From assembly GCA_965218095.1 (NCBI GenBank), contig OZ244587.1, positions 2,569,694 through 2,633,693 of the forward strand: 64,000 nucleotides of DNA, read 5' to 3'. This stretch comes from Candidatus Poribacteria bacterium. GTDB taxonomy: Bacteria > Poribacteria > WGA-4E > PCPOR2b. The notes under the pieces were generated by a model that ran no database searches, was not told the DNA's origin, and saw only the letters and a program-made list of their open reading frames with translations. How positions within the stretch are numbered: position 1 is the first letter of the stretch; each line of letters starts with the position of its first letter. Positions 31,195 through 41,409 of the stretch are shown here, piece by piece. The position numbers were made by a program, and so were the translations under genes.

Positions 31195-31335
31195 TTGGGT
31201 ATGACGTATTGCGTATTGATTCCCTACGCAATACGCAATACAACAACCTATCGACCTTATTATTTTCGAAATGCTATTGTTGTTGGGATGGTTTAAATTC
31301 TGGAAACACCTTACGCATTACGCATTGATGTGTTT
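31195..31335. repeat. Short tandem and inverted heptamer repeats (ACGCAAT/TACGCAT) in an intergenic region
   Basis: The region contains GACGTATTGCGTATTG...CTACGCAATACGCAATAC and CTTACGCATTACGCATTG. Related motifs recur at 47771-47786, 50154-50183 and 61148-61212. Confidence 0.4.
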
Positions 31336-31408
31336 CATGACGATATGATAAAATTTATAAGTCAGCATCAGATGGTGAGTCGTCAGATTTTACGGTTCAG
31401 GGGGAAAT

Positions 31409-32470
31409 GTGAACCTAACAACCGTTTTAGACCAGCTCGAAGGAAAACACATCATCATCGTCGGCGATGCGATTTTGGATGAATACGTTTGGGGAGATGT
31501 CAAGCGCATTTCCCCGGAAGCACCGGTGCCCGTACTCGAAGTGACTGCTGAAACAATCCGTTTCGGGGGTGCGGCGAATGTTGCTCATAACGTCACGAGC
31601 CTGGGGGGACGGGTAGATCTCATTGGTGTGATTGGTGATGATAACAAGAGTGCAACCCTGATTCGCCTGCTTCGAGAGGCAGGGATTAATACGGAAGGCA
31701 TCTGTATCGATCCGAGCCGCCCCACGAGCACTAAAACTCGTGTGATTGCCCGAACTTCGTACACAAGTTTGTCAACTCACCAGCAGCTTGTACGAATCGA
31801 TCGAGAATCGAAGAGCTCCATCAATGCTTCCTTGCAGGAGCAGTTATCGACAGCCGCTATCGATCGTATTCCACAGGCAGATGCAGTGATTTTTGCGGAC
31901 TACGATAAAGGCACCGTGAGTGATGACCTCATCCAGGTTGTCCTCCGCCAGGCACGCCAATATTACAAACCCGTAGTTGTCGATCCGAAAGTTGAGAATT
32001 TTTGGAACTACAAAGGAGTGACATCGATTACGCCGAACCACAAAGAGGCGGGGGCAGTGCTGAACCGGGAAATCACTGACGAAGCCAGCTTAATTAAGGT
32101 CGGCGAAGAGATCTTGGACCGGCTAGGACTCGACAGCTTATTGATAACCCGTGGCGAACAAGGTATGTCTTTATTTCGCAGAGCCGGAGAACAAGGCCGG
32201 TTGCATGTTGACCACATCCCTACGCAGTCCCGCGAGGTTTTTGACGTGACCGGTGCTGGAGATACCGTCGTCGCTGTATTTACGCTTGCTCTTGCTGCAC
32301 ATGCAGATATGCTTGATGCAGCGCGGCTTTCCAATTTAGCGGGAGGCATTGTTGTCGGAGAGGTCGGTTGCGTCGCTGTCACACGGGAGAAACTCTCTCA
32401 AGCCATCCGGCAAGTGGCTTTGAATCCCGATTCCATCGAAGAGATCCGTGATGACGACCGTCTTCCTTGA
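31409..32470 (+). CDS. hldA: D-glycero-beta-D-manno-heptose-7-phosphate kinase (RfaE domain I / HldA-like)
   Basis: It starts HIIIVGDAILDEYVWGDVKRISPEAPVPVL and contains the DVTGAGDTVVA motif of ribokinase-like sugar kinases of the RfaE-I type. Confidence 0.75.
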   Translation: MNLTTVLDQLEGKHIIIVGDAILDEYVWGDVKRISPEAPVPVLEVTAETIRFGGAANVAHNVTSLGGRVDLIGVIGDDNKSATLIRLLREAGINTEGICIDPSRPTSTKTRVIARTSYTSLSTHQQLVRIDRESKSSINASLQEQLSTAAIDRIPQADAVIFADYDKGTVSDDLIQVVLRQARQYYKPVVVDPKVENFWNYKGVTSITPNHKEAGAVLNREITDEASLIKVGEEILDRLGLDSLLITRGEQGMSLFRRAGEQGRLHVDHIPTQSREVFDVTGAGDTVVAVFTLALAAHADMLDAARLSNLAGGIVVGEVGCVAVTREKLSQAIRQVALNPDSIEEIRDDDRLP

Positions 32471-33029
32471 CCGCGATGGGGTGATCAATCGCAATCTCAA
32501 GAATGACTACGTCAAGAGTTGGGAGGAGTTTGAATTTCTTCCCAATGCTCTGGAGGCAATCCAACACCTCACGGAGGCTGGCTATCAACTGATTGTCGTC
32601 ACCAATCAAGCCTCTATCAATAAAGGCATCATTTCTTCAAAAACTCTTGAAGAGATTCACCAACGGATGGTCACGGAAATTGAGGCTGTCGGTGGGCGGA
32701 TTCACGCCATTTACCACTGCCCCCATCGTGACGACGAAAGGTGTGACTGCCGTAAACCCAAGCCGGGCATGCTCATTCAGGCGGCTTATGAACACGGAAT
32801 TGATTTATCATGGGCTTACCTAATCGGAGATTCCATGAGGGACATTGCGGCGGGACAACAAGTAGGATGTCGGACACTCCTCGTGCTGACGGGGCCCGCT
32901 CCGCGAGGATTCCGCAAGGTAGAACATACATCCCAACAGATTAAAAATTCCACGCTTTGTGGCAGTGTCCAGCCAGACGAGGTGTTCGCTGATTTGTATA
33001 CCGCTAGCTTATGGATTGAAAAGAATTGA
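32448..33029 (+). CDS. gmhB: D-glycero-D-manno-heptose-1,7-bisphosphate phosphatase GmhB (HAD family)
   Basis: The HAD motif I is VFLDRDGVIN. CPHRDDERCDCRKPKPGM is the GmhB zinc site. It overlaps the hldA stop. Confidence 0.8.
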   Translation: MMTTVFLDRDGVINRNLKNDYVKSWEEFEFLPNALEAIQHLTEAGYQLIVVTNQASINKGIISSKTLEEIHQRMVTEIEAVGGRIHAIYHCPHRDDERCDCRKPKPGMLIQAAYEHGIDLSWAYLIGDSMRDIAAGQQVGCRTLLVLTGPAPRGFRKVEHTSQQIKNSTLCGSVQPDEVFADLYTASLWIEKN

Positions 33030-33188
33030 CCAATGCTTGAACCTTTCGAGGGTTTTGAACCTTTGAAAGGTTGGTGTTCTAAATTATCAATAACCCCAAA
33101 ATGTGTATTGGTCAACGGCATAATATACACCGTTGCTCGGTTAATTGTATTATCTTCCTGACCAATCAAATAAACCCAAAATCGTAAA

Positions 33189-34511
33189 ATGATCAGAAAA
33201 AAGATCACAAACCAAACTGCGCATGCAGGTGTTATTGGACTCGGCTATGTTGGGCTTCCACTCGCGGCAACTATTGCGAAAGCCGGTTTTTCTGTTACCG
33301 GCATTGATATTAATTCCCGAAAAGTTGAACAGATTCAACAGGGGATTTCTGATGTCCCCGATGTGCCTTCAGAAGATCTCGGGACTTTCGTCCAGAAGGG
33401 GCAAATTCAAGCCACAACGGACTATCGAATCCTGAGTGAATTGGATACGGTCAATATTTGCGTCCCCACGCCACTGCGCAAGAGCAAAGATCCGGATATG
33501 AGTTTTATCATCTCCGCAGTTGACGAAATTGCGCAATATTTACGCAAAGACCAGTTGATTATCCTGGAAAGTACAACCTACCCCGGTACAACAGAAGAGA
33601 TCGTACTGCCAAAACTTGAAGGAAGTGGTTTAGGGGTCGGTAAAGATTTTTTCCTTGCTTTTTCCCCGGAACGGATTGACCCGGGGAATAAGACCTACTC
33701 GACCGTCAATACACCGAAAATTGTTGGAGGCATAACCCCAGCATGCACGGAGGTCGCTCAATGCTTTTATGAGCAGTTCATTCACGAAGTTCATACGGTC
33801 TCATCAACAAGAGCAGCAGAAATGGTCAAACTGCTGGAGAACACCTTTCGGAGTGTCAATATCGGTCTCGTAAATGAAATGACACTGATGTGTGATCGGA
33901 TGGGACTGGATGTGTGGGAAATTGTCGATGCAGCAGCCACGAAGCCGTTTGGATTCATGCCATTCTATCCTGGCCCAGGGCTAGGTGGACACTGCATCCC
34001 CGTAGATCCACATTACCTGTCATGGAAGGCAAAGACCTATGAGTTCTATGCACGATTCATTGAGCTCGCAAGTGAGATCAATGGATCAATGCCAGAGTAT
34101 GTATTAGGCAAGATTACCAATGCACTCAACCATCACCGCAAAGCTATCAACGGATCAAAGATCTTGATCATGGGAGTTGCCTATAAGAAAAATGTGGGCG
34201 ATGTTCGTGAATCGGCGGCTATTGATGTCATCCGCATGATTGCCCAACGTGGTGGCGAGATCTTATACCACGACCCCTACGTGCCAGAATTGGAGGTTGA
34301 AGAGCTCGGTTTGATGAATCGAAATCCCGTACACTATATGCGCCAAGAATTGACAGCGGATCTGGTCCAAAACGTTGATTGCGTGGTGATTATGACAGAT
34401 CATACCAATATCGATTACAGTTGGCTTGTTAACCATGCGGTCGTGGTTGTGGACACACGAAACGCGACAAAATCTATCACGACAAACCGGAGCAAAATCA
34501 TTAAAATTTAA
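33189..34511 (+). CDS. Nucleotide-sugar dehydrogenase (UDP-N-acetyl-D-hexosamine dehydrogenase, WbpA/TviB-like)
   Basis: The NAD-binding motif is GVIGLGYVGLPLA, the catalytic motif is GGHCIPVDP, and the ORF is 440 aa. Confidence 0.85.
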   Translation: MIRKKITNQTAHAGVIGLGYVGLPLAATIAKAGFSVTGIDINSRKVEQIQQGISDVPDVPSEDLGTFVQKGQIQATTDYRILSELDTVNICVPTPLRKSKDPDMSFIISAVDEIAQYLRKDQLIILESTTYPGTTEEIVLPKLEGSGLGVGKDFFLAFSPERIDPGNKTYSTVNTPKIVGGITPACTEVAQCFYEQFIHEVHTVSSTRAAEMVKLLENTFRSVNIGLVNEMTLMCDRMGLDVWEIVDAAATKPFGFMPFYPGPGLGGHCIPVDPHYLSWKAKTYEFYARFIELASEINGSMPEYVLGKITNALNHHRKAINGSKILIMGVAYKKNVGDVRESAAIDVIRMIAQRGGEILYHDPYVPELEVEELGLMNRNPVHYMRQELTADLVQNVDCVVIMTDHTNIDYSWLVNHAVVVVDTRNATKSITTNRSKIIKI

Positions 34512-34557
34512 CAGAAAACCCCCCATTTTTTGGGGCTGAAAGCTGGGGAGATTTGCA

Positions 34558-36171
34558 ATGCTTCAGATAAAAACACACATTGCTACACATCAGCTAGCTT
34601 GGATCATCACCGAATGCGTCGGTGAAAAAGAAATCATCACATTAGCGAATCAGTGCGGTATCCTTCATGAGGGCCAACAGAGGTCAACTCTCTCAAAGGA
34701 TTGGCTTGCCAATGATTTGGCGACATGTTTTTTTTATGGCGCTTTGACTGAGAAAACTGTAAGTCAGTGCCTGGGAAAAAAGGCGGAACAAGTCACTCGT
34801 CGAGTTCAGTATATGAGTGTAGAAGAAATCCGGGGCTTCTTGAGAAGCGTTGAGCAACTTCGAGAAGACGGGGAGTTTGGCGAGATCCTATGGGCGCTTT
34901 TGGCGGATTCACGTGAGGAGGTACAACAGCACGGTTACAAATTGCTCGCCGACCATGAGCAATATCTTCCACCCCCGGTCCTGCTTCCTGATTCCAGGGA
35001 CGACACTTCATCATTAGATGATGTTCAAGGGGCAGAACCGTTGGAAGTTGACACGGCAACCTCAACCGCCTCGCTACATCACGCCAGCGATCAAGAACCG
35101 CTGCCTGAATCTATGGCTCCACTTACCCGCGAACATGCGCTGATTCAGGTAACGCTCAACCCTGCAACTAGTTCAGATCCGGATCGCGAACCCCACTTGC
35201 GCGACGAATTAAATCAACGCAAACAGGAGATCGATGAACTTCAGGCAACAATTTCGGCGTTTAGAAGTGAACATACCATTCTGCAAAACGAAAATGAGAA
35301 ACTCAAACAAAAAATAGAGGCGTTAACCGAAGAAAATCGGATTCTAAAAGGTACAGAGGTTTTAGATAAGGAAAGCGAGTTACATATCGATCAACTCAAA
35401 AGTGAGAATAAAAACCTCAAACAGGATCTTGAAAAGTTTTCAGATCAACTCTGTAAATTTCATGAACTTCAACTACAAAAAGAAAAGATCTCGGCGGAGT
35501 TAAAATCCGTTGAGGAGGTTGCCTATCATTCACAGCAAGTGCTTGAGCGGATGAAATCAGATTTCCATTCTCAATTCTCCTATTTACAAGAGGTCAATGA
35601 GGAGTACAAAACTGTACTAACACGGGCGCGTCAGAGAGTTACAAACCTCATTGGACAGCGAAATACTGGGAGTGGCGGTAAAAATCGCATCCTGTCAGGA
35701 CAGGCACGCGTTGGCGTCTTCGTTGATGTACAGAATATGTTCTATGCTGCAAAAGATCGCTACGCGAGACGTTTGGATTACATCAAACTGCTAGATCTCA
35801 TTGTTGGCCCCAGGAACCTTGTCATCGCATACGCTTATGTCGTCCAAATCCCCGAAATTAACCAGGCTGGATTTTTGTCCCTCCTCGAACATAATGGATA
35901 TACTATCAAAAGCAAGGACCTGCGGATGCGTGGCGATGGATCGGCGAAAGGAGATTGGGATGTGGGAATTGCAATCGATATCGTGTCGATGCTTGAGGCA
36001 CTCGATGTCGTGATTCTGGCAAGTGGGGACGGAGACTTCTGTGCGCTTGCTGAGATGATTAAACAACACGGCAGGCGCATTGAGGTAGTTGCCTTTGAAC
36101 ATAATACGTCAATGGATCTTCAGCGCGTCGCCGATCAGTTCTTTCCGATCGGGGATGAGATGTTGATCTAG
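34558..36171 (+). CDS. Multidomain protein: unknown N-terminal helical domain, a ~120-aa coiled coil and a C-terminal NYN/LabA-like ribonuclease domain
   Basis: The C-terminal VGVFVDVQNMFYAA...VVILASGDGDFCALAEMIKQHGRRIEVVAF is NYN (PIN-like). The central heptad-repeat region is ELQATISAFRSEHTILQNENEKLKQKIEALTEENRILK.... Confidence 0.6.
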   Translation: MLQIKTHIATHQLAWIITECVGEKEIITLANQCGILHEGQQRSTLSKDWLANDLATCFFYGALTEKTVSQCLGKKAEQVTRRVQYMSVEEIRGFLRSVEQLREDGEFGEILWALLADSREEVQQHGYKLLADHEQYLPPPVLLPDSRDDTSSLDDVQGAEPLEVDTATSTASLHHASDQEPLPESMAPLTREHALIQVTLNPATSSDPDREPHLRDELNQRKQEIDELQATISAFRSEHTILQNENEKLKQKIEALTEENRILKGTEVLDKESELHIDQLKSENKNLKQDLEKFSDQLCKFHELQLQKEKISAELKSVEEVAYHSQQVLERMKSDFHSQFSYLQEVNEEYKTVLTRARQRVTNLIGQRNTGSGGKNRILSGQARVGVFVDVQNMFYAAKDRYARRLDYIKLLDLIVGPRNLVIAYAYVVQIPEINQAGFLSLLEHNGYTIKSKDLRMRGDGSAKGDWDVGIAIDIVSMLEALDVVILASGDGDFCALAEMIKQHGRRIEVVAFEHNTSMDLQRVADQFFPIGDEMLI

Positions 36172-36542
36172 GAGTTGGAGGCGAGGATCCAGGAGCTAGG
36201 GCGTGTTGATAAATTATTGATGCTCTCGTTGAATTGCCAAATCTAACGGCGATCGGGATTTGGCAATTGCTCGCATCCCAATCCATCGGGACCCGATCGA
36301 GCAGAGTGAGACAATAAGCGAATTCCTTCGAATATGTCAACCTTGGTACACATCGGCAAATATGCGGTCAGTTTCAGTAGAGCGTGCCATGCTCCTCCGA
36401 GAATAGGACCCGCTCTACGGGGAATCGTTACCTGGCTACAAACTTCTGCCGCTATGTACTAATGGGATACGGTCTCCGCAAAGTCAAATTTTCTTGAACA
36501 CGAACTTCGCGCACTTCACCCCACTCCGGTGGAGAGATGAGG

Positions 36543-37040
36543 TCACGCCTCTCTACTCCTGAGTCCAATCTGCCAAAATCCAAAGAAGCAAGAGATCGGT
36601 ATGCGCTCGGCAAGTTGTAACAGGATGCAGCAAGTCCCGCTCAAGGAAGTGGTCGAAAAACTGCCACCATCCAGCCAATTCTCCGACCAGCTTTGCCCGC
36701 CATCTGTAGAGGCCAATAGGACGCTTTCGAGCCCGGGTCCTGCGGTAGCGAATCCGGTGTAAAAGGCACCGTCATCTGCCATGCCAATGGGGGCGCTCCT
36801 GCCAAACGGCACTGAAATGAACTCGGCCGGAACCGTGCGGACGGATTTTCCGTCCACGGTCACTTTTATCTGTCCTGTTTCCGGATTCACTTCTCTACTC
36901 CACTGCTCCACCACAGAGCAGCCGGTGTGCCCGCGTAAGCTCCAACCACCTTCTCCTTTCAGCAGGAACGGCTGGGGCGCGCTTAAGATCCACCCATCAT
37001 CGGTGCAGATCACCGGAGAATTTTCGATTCTTGCTTTCAT
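36543..37040 (-). CDS. Small BNR/Asp-box-containing protein or fragment
   Basis: It contains a single STDGGQSW Asp-box. The C-terminal tail looks like read-through, and it is possibly a remnant. Confidence 0.3.
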   Translation of the reverse strand: MKARIENSPVICTDDGWILSAPQPFLLKGEGGWSLRGHTGCSVVEQWSREVNPETGQIKVTVDGKSVRTVPAEFISVPFGRSAPIGMADDGAFYTGFATAGPGLESVLLASTDGGQSWSENWLDGGSFSTTSLSGTCCILLQLAERIPISCFFGFWQIGLRSREA

Positions 37041-37083
37041 GTTTTATTCCCACGAAAACATAATCTGTTTTGGCGGTTTGCAA

Positions 37084-37488
37084 CTACGTCCGATTCCTGC
37101 TGCCGATTTCTGCCACCGCCTCGACTTCGACGAGCAGGTCAGGGTTGACCAGTGATGGCGTCGCAACCGTAGCACTGGCCGGGATATTGTTCGGGAACAC
37201 TTCAGCACGCGCCGCTGCATAGTCCGCGTACCGGCTCATGTCGGTGATGAACGCCGTAATCTTTACTACGTCGTCGAGGCTCGCGCCGGCCTCGCCGAGG
37301 ACCGCTCGAACATTCTCGAACACCTAGCGCGTCTGCGCAGCCATGTCGTCCTGGCCGACTACGTTGTCTTGTGGGTCGAAAGCAACCTGTCCTGAGACAT
37401 ACACTGTGTTTCCCATCTGCACACCCTGGGCAATCCGGAATTTGCTCGCCCACGGCCATTGCGGGTTCAATTCGATTCGTTCTGGCAT
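37084..37488 (-). pseudogene. RidA/YjgF-family protein with an in-frame TAG
   Basis: The N-half MPERIELNPQWPWASKFRIAQGVQMGNTVYVSGQVAFDP...DMAAQTR and the C-half FENVRAVLGEAGASLDDVVKITAFITDM...LVEVEAVA are in one frame. They are joined by TAG at 37324-37326, where the family has Gln. Confidence 0.65.
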
Positions 37489-37857
37489 CTTGCACCCCCT
37501 GGTGTCAATTAATTTCGTCAAGTTCATTTCATCTGTCTCTTGGGATGTTATCACAAATTCCAGTGGGAAGCTATGAAAAACTTCAGGAGGTAGAAATTTT
37601 GCAATCGATCCTGCTGGTTGAGTTTTGAGCAGTACAACCGCTTACTTCATCGTACCATGATTCCTATAATCCTCAACCGAAACGATTTATTGATTAAGCT
37701 GCTCCGAAATGGTATACTGGTAGATGAATTAAACACAATCGCAAAGGTTTGCAAACAAAACCGTGAATACCGTTGGTATGGCGGAGCTGGAACTTGCGCT
37801 AGATGATACGAAAAACGCCACATGGATTGAGATGTATCATTACTGGCTGGAGGCGTA

Positions 37858-38490
37858 TTGAAAGTAGGATTGCAACAATTTGGTTGGAATGGGGTGACCA
37901 TTGGCTCAGGCGGCATTATCTTCTTCACGTTCTTCGGCGCATGGGCGCTGTGGCGGCAAAATCAGAAGATATGGGCGACTGCGTCCGGAGAATCGGTATC
38001 CATCCCTTGGATCATGTACACCACCGGTCTCTATCTCGCCATTGTCATCTATGGATTATCGATAAAGAGCATTGCGCTCATGATTAACGGCAGCCTCCGA
38101 ATCCCATTGTGCGTTATGATTCTGATAGGCTTATGGAAGTTTAAAGGTTTCAACAAAAAGGAATGCTCACTGTTAGCGGGCCTGTCGGTTGCGCTGGTCG
38201 GCATGAGTATGACTCCGATTAAGGATGTATTCTTCTTCGGTTTCACCCTTGGCAGTTTTGTTTTTATAGCCATGCAACCACTAGAGATGTGGCGCAACAA
38301 AAGCAATGGGGTGTTTGAGATTCGCGTGCCTCTGGTCATGATTAGCTCGAACCTGTTCTGGATGACGTACGGTTTTGCCATACATAACTGGGTGATAAAG
38401 AGTACCACCTTTATCTATTTCGGGATTCTTGGCACGACGATTGTGCTGTGGTATAAGTATAGGATGGGCAACAACATACACGCGAAATAA
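37858..38490 (+). CDS. Integral membrane protein (about 7 TM, possibly PQ-loop/SWEET-like)
   Basis: The 210-aa ORF has a TTG start, multiple hydrophobic helices and no recognisable catalytic motif. Confidence 0.45.
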   Translation: MKVGLQQFGWNGVTIGSGGIIFFTFFGAWALWRQNQKIWATASGESVSIPWIMYTTGLYLAIVIYGLSIKSIALMINGSLRIPLCVMILIGLWKFKGFNKKECSLLAGLSVALVGMSMTPIKDVFFFGFTLGSFVFIAMQPLEMWRNKSNGVFEIRVPLVMISSNLFWMTYGFAIHNWVIKSTTFIYFGILGTTIVLWYKYRMGNNIHAK

Positions 38491-38724
38491 TGTTTCATAG
38501 TGTATCCATGAAACCAGAGATGGGTTCTCTTAATTCGCCAAGATGTATGTCGACATAAGCTTACATCAGCACCTTCGCTGAACGCAGGTCAGGCAGATGT
38601 CCAGCGTGCTCCACATTCCGATGAGATTTGACCGGTGATGGAACCTTTTTACTGTTGAGGTAATTTGACTTTGTCAGATTAGAATTGAGATGCAAGTAGA
38701 GCGTATAAATGTGACATAGTCAAA

Positions 38725-39423
38725 CTAATCGCGGGATAAGAAGAGACGCAAAACGTACCAGAGCATCAGGGCGACCAAAGCGAAAAGCTCAAGGGCCGCA
38801 CCAACATGACGGTCTGCTGGATAGTGGTGCAGGACATTAGAGGTATCGTAAAGGATTGCGCCGCCGGCGAGGGCAATCATCGCCACCGAAAAGAAGGTCC
38901 CAAGTCGAAAGCCGAAGACCACACCTGCAACAATCAAGATTAACGCAACGACGAATCCCCACTTCAACAGACCACCAAGGAAGGAGAAATCCTTGCGGGT
39001 GATTAGGACAATGGCGGTGAGCCCCCCAAAACCGAGAAGCGTCACGAGCGCCGCGCTTTCGATGACACCATCGGCATAGGATTGAGCGACGAATAGCAGC
39101 GGCACAAAGATGATGGCTTCGGCAGCGACGAAGGCAGTTAATGCTGTGTATTGCGCCGCCAAGGACCTGGTGCTGCGGGCAACTCGGCTGGCGAACCAAC
39201 TCACAATGATAAACCCGCCCAATACTAGAAGCCAGGAGGTCCCCAACATTGTCTGTGCAATAGGCCGCGCAAGACCACTGCCGAAAAGGAGCATCTCAAT
39301 GCAGGCGAAACCAACGAGCGCTCCCAAAAGGTGCAGGTAGGTTCGGGTGACAAAAGCAATCCGGACATCGTCACCGAGACTCGCCACGGGCATGTCCCGA
39401 TGCGTACCGTAGGTCGTATCCAT
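38725..39423 (-). CDS. Bax inhibitor-1/YccA-family membrane protein
   Basis: It has a 7-TM profile with LGTSWLLVLGGFIIVSWF...ILYDTSNVLH, typical of the BI-1/TMBIM family. Confidence 0.8.
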   Translation of the reverse strand: MDTTYGTHRDMPVASLGDDVRIAFVTRTYLHLLGALVGFACIEMLLFGSGLARPIAQTMLGTSWLLVLGGFIIVSWFASRVARSTRSLAAQYTALTAFVAAEAIIFVPLLFVAQSYADGVIESAALVTLLGFGGLTAIVLITRKDFSFLGGLLKWGFVVALILIVAGVVFGFRLGTFFSVAMIALAGGAILYDTSNVLHHYPADRHVGAALELFALVALMLWYVLRLFLSRD

Positions 39424-39604
39424 GGTGAAATCCCCCTATTACAAGTTTTAGAAAGTCGATTTCGGACATCGGTCGGTTGCATTGAAAGCACAACCGTATC
39501 GAATTACGATGGTTCCGACTTTTTAGATAGGCTCTTAATACAATCGGAAGGGTAAGGCGAATTTGCACTCATTCTTAACATGAGCCCGGTGGCTTTTATC
39601 GGCA

Positions 39605-41149
39605 TTATCTCCACTCATCAATACAGACGCTATTTTGATAATCGCATCCCATCATCCGCCAATACCCATTTGTCTCCCCGCCAACGACGACCACATGAAT
39701 ATCACCCACGCGAAATATAGGTATCAACTCATCTTCCGCGGCTTTAAGCCGGGTGGCATAGGGTTCCTCCCCGTTTAACGCTCGTGGGAAGACGTAGTTC
39801 TCTATCAGTTGATAATCCCAATAAACGCCAGCAGACATTGTTGCGTTATCGTGCAGCCATCGGATCAGTTTTTCCTTGGTATCGAATCCGCCCCGATTAA
39901 CAAATTGTCTCGCTGTGATTGGGTCCAATACGAGCGTGGGTGGATTGTGAGGATTCATCCCCCGCAGCATGTTGGTCACATGCTCGCGCCAGTGCTTCTC
40001 TCGCAGCCCCAGATTGAATGTGGTGGATCGACACCCCGTAAAGACACTTACCACGCTGTCTTCCGGTTTAAAGCCATGCTGCACATGAAATGGCTCCCAC
40101 GGACTCCGTTCCTCATTCTCGGCAAAGGTGATGCTGTTATAAGCATAGCTGTTTCCCTGCGACCCCATATACGTCCGTCCCGGATCAGATCCGCCCTGCA
40201 GATTCTGAGACAGCAAACCGTATGCTCTCCCAATGGCAGCGTTGGCGTGATTGTACGGTCCCATCGCCCCGATTTCCCAGTTCATCCTAATTTCATGGCG
40301 AACCGGCCCATTCACCACCACCATGGCGGCCATTGAACTGGTCGTACTGCCTCGTGCGGTGACTCTAGTCGATGCCAGGGCGAGGATTACCGGAAAATAC
40401 GCCGGGCTTGCGCCTGCCATCACCGCATTGATGGCAACCTTCTCCACCGTGTATTCCCAGGCTTCCCATGTCGACGTGGGCCGCATCTGGCCGACCACCT
40501 CATCCGGGCGATGACTCGTCCCCGCCAGCATCTGAGCCACCCGTTCTTCGGTTGGGAGGACAATTGGCAGCGTATCCGTCCACTGATTCTCCAAAAAGAG
40601 ACGATGCAAGTTCTCCACCGTATCCGGTTTAACGAAGCGTGGCGTCGATCGATCAAAACTGACTTTTTGCGTGTCCGCTTCGTTCAGCGGCTGGGTCAGC
40701 GCGTCGATCACCTCCGTCATAACCGGGCGACCGGTGACAGAGTCGTTTCCGTCTATGTACGCCCGTAGCTCGGCCGGGGACTTGCCCATGACCGGCTGGG
40801 GGACGAAGACGAACCGCTGGTGCGGCATACCTTTCGCGTATGCAACCTGCTGAACCACGTCCTTGAAGGATTCCGTCTGGATGGAGGCTGTGGGAACACT
40901 GTACTCACTTTCCAGCGTGATGCAGTGCTCGGCGACCGCCGGCGCACACGTGCTTCAGTGGCCTACGGCGATGACCGCCGCATCTCCCTGCTGCTTGATT
41001 TCCTCGAACAACGCTGCATCTCGTTCCGTATACACGCCAGACTTTCGCCGGAATTCTGCCCTCACGTGCGGCATGTGCTCGGTGAACCAGGCCTGCATCT
41101 GCTGCATCAGAATGTCGCCATCGTCAAATCGGCAGTCGACTAGATACAC
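39605..41149 (-). CDS. Candidate selenoprotein: conserved ~515-aa ORF with a single in-frame TGA (40955-40957) forming a GH-U-STC (UxxC) motif
   Basis: ORFs 40955..41149 and 39605..40858 are in the same frame and separated only by TGA. The translation reads ...QQGDAAVIAVGH[TGA]STCAPAVAEHCITLESEYSVPTASIQTESFKDVVQQVAY.... Downstream of the UGA lies a hairpin GUGC-G-C-C-GGC[GGUC]GCC-G-A-GCAC. Its apical GGUC falls 18-21 nt after the UGA, much like the E. coli fdhF SECIS loop position. It has a GTG start. Confidence 0.5.
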
Positions 41150-41409
41150 CGTTTTGCCATCTAAGCGATTCAGCCGTGGTGTATCGTGGGCGGATAACCC
41201 ATGGGGTTAAGGACCACGATTTTCTCGCTCCCGCTTGCAGTTAATCCAGCACTCCCTTGTTCCTGAATCTCTCCCGAAACCCGTCAATGTTCCCTGTCGC
41301 GTCAAAGTATAAAGGGGGAAGAAAGTATAATAACCTTTCTTCCTTGCCTTCCCTCTTTCTAAGTCTCGAAAGCATCTATAAGAAAGTGACATTTTCTTTT
41401 TTGGTTTTA

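Noticed and set aside
31195-31335. Possible CRISPR array from short tandem repeats
   Set aside because: The repeats are 7-10 nt, irregular and have no spacers. No cas genes are nearby.
39424-39604. Possible riboswitch or structured leader between the candidate selenoprotein and the BI-1 gene
   Set aside because: There are only generic hairpins and no recognisable riboswitch consensus.
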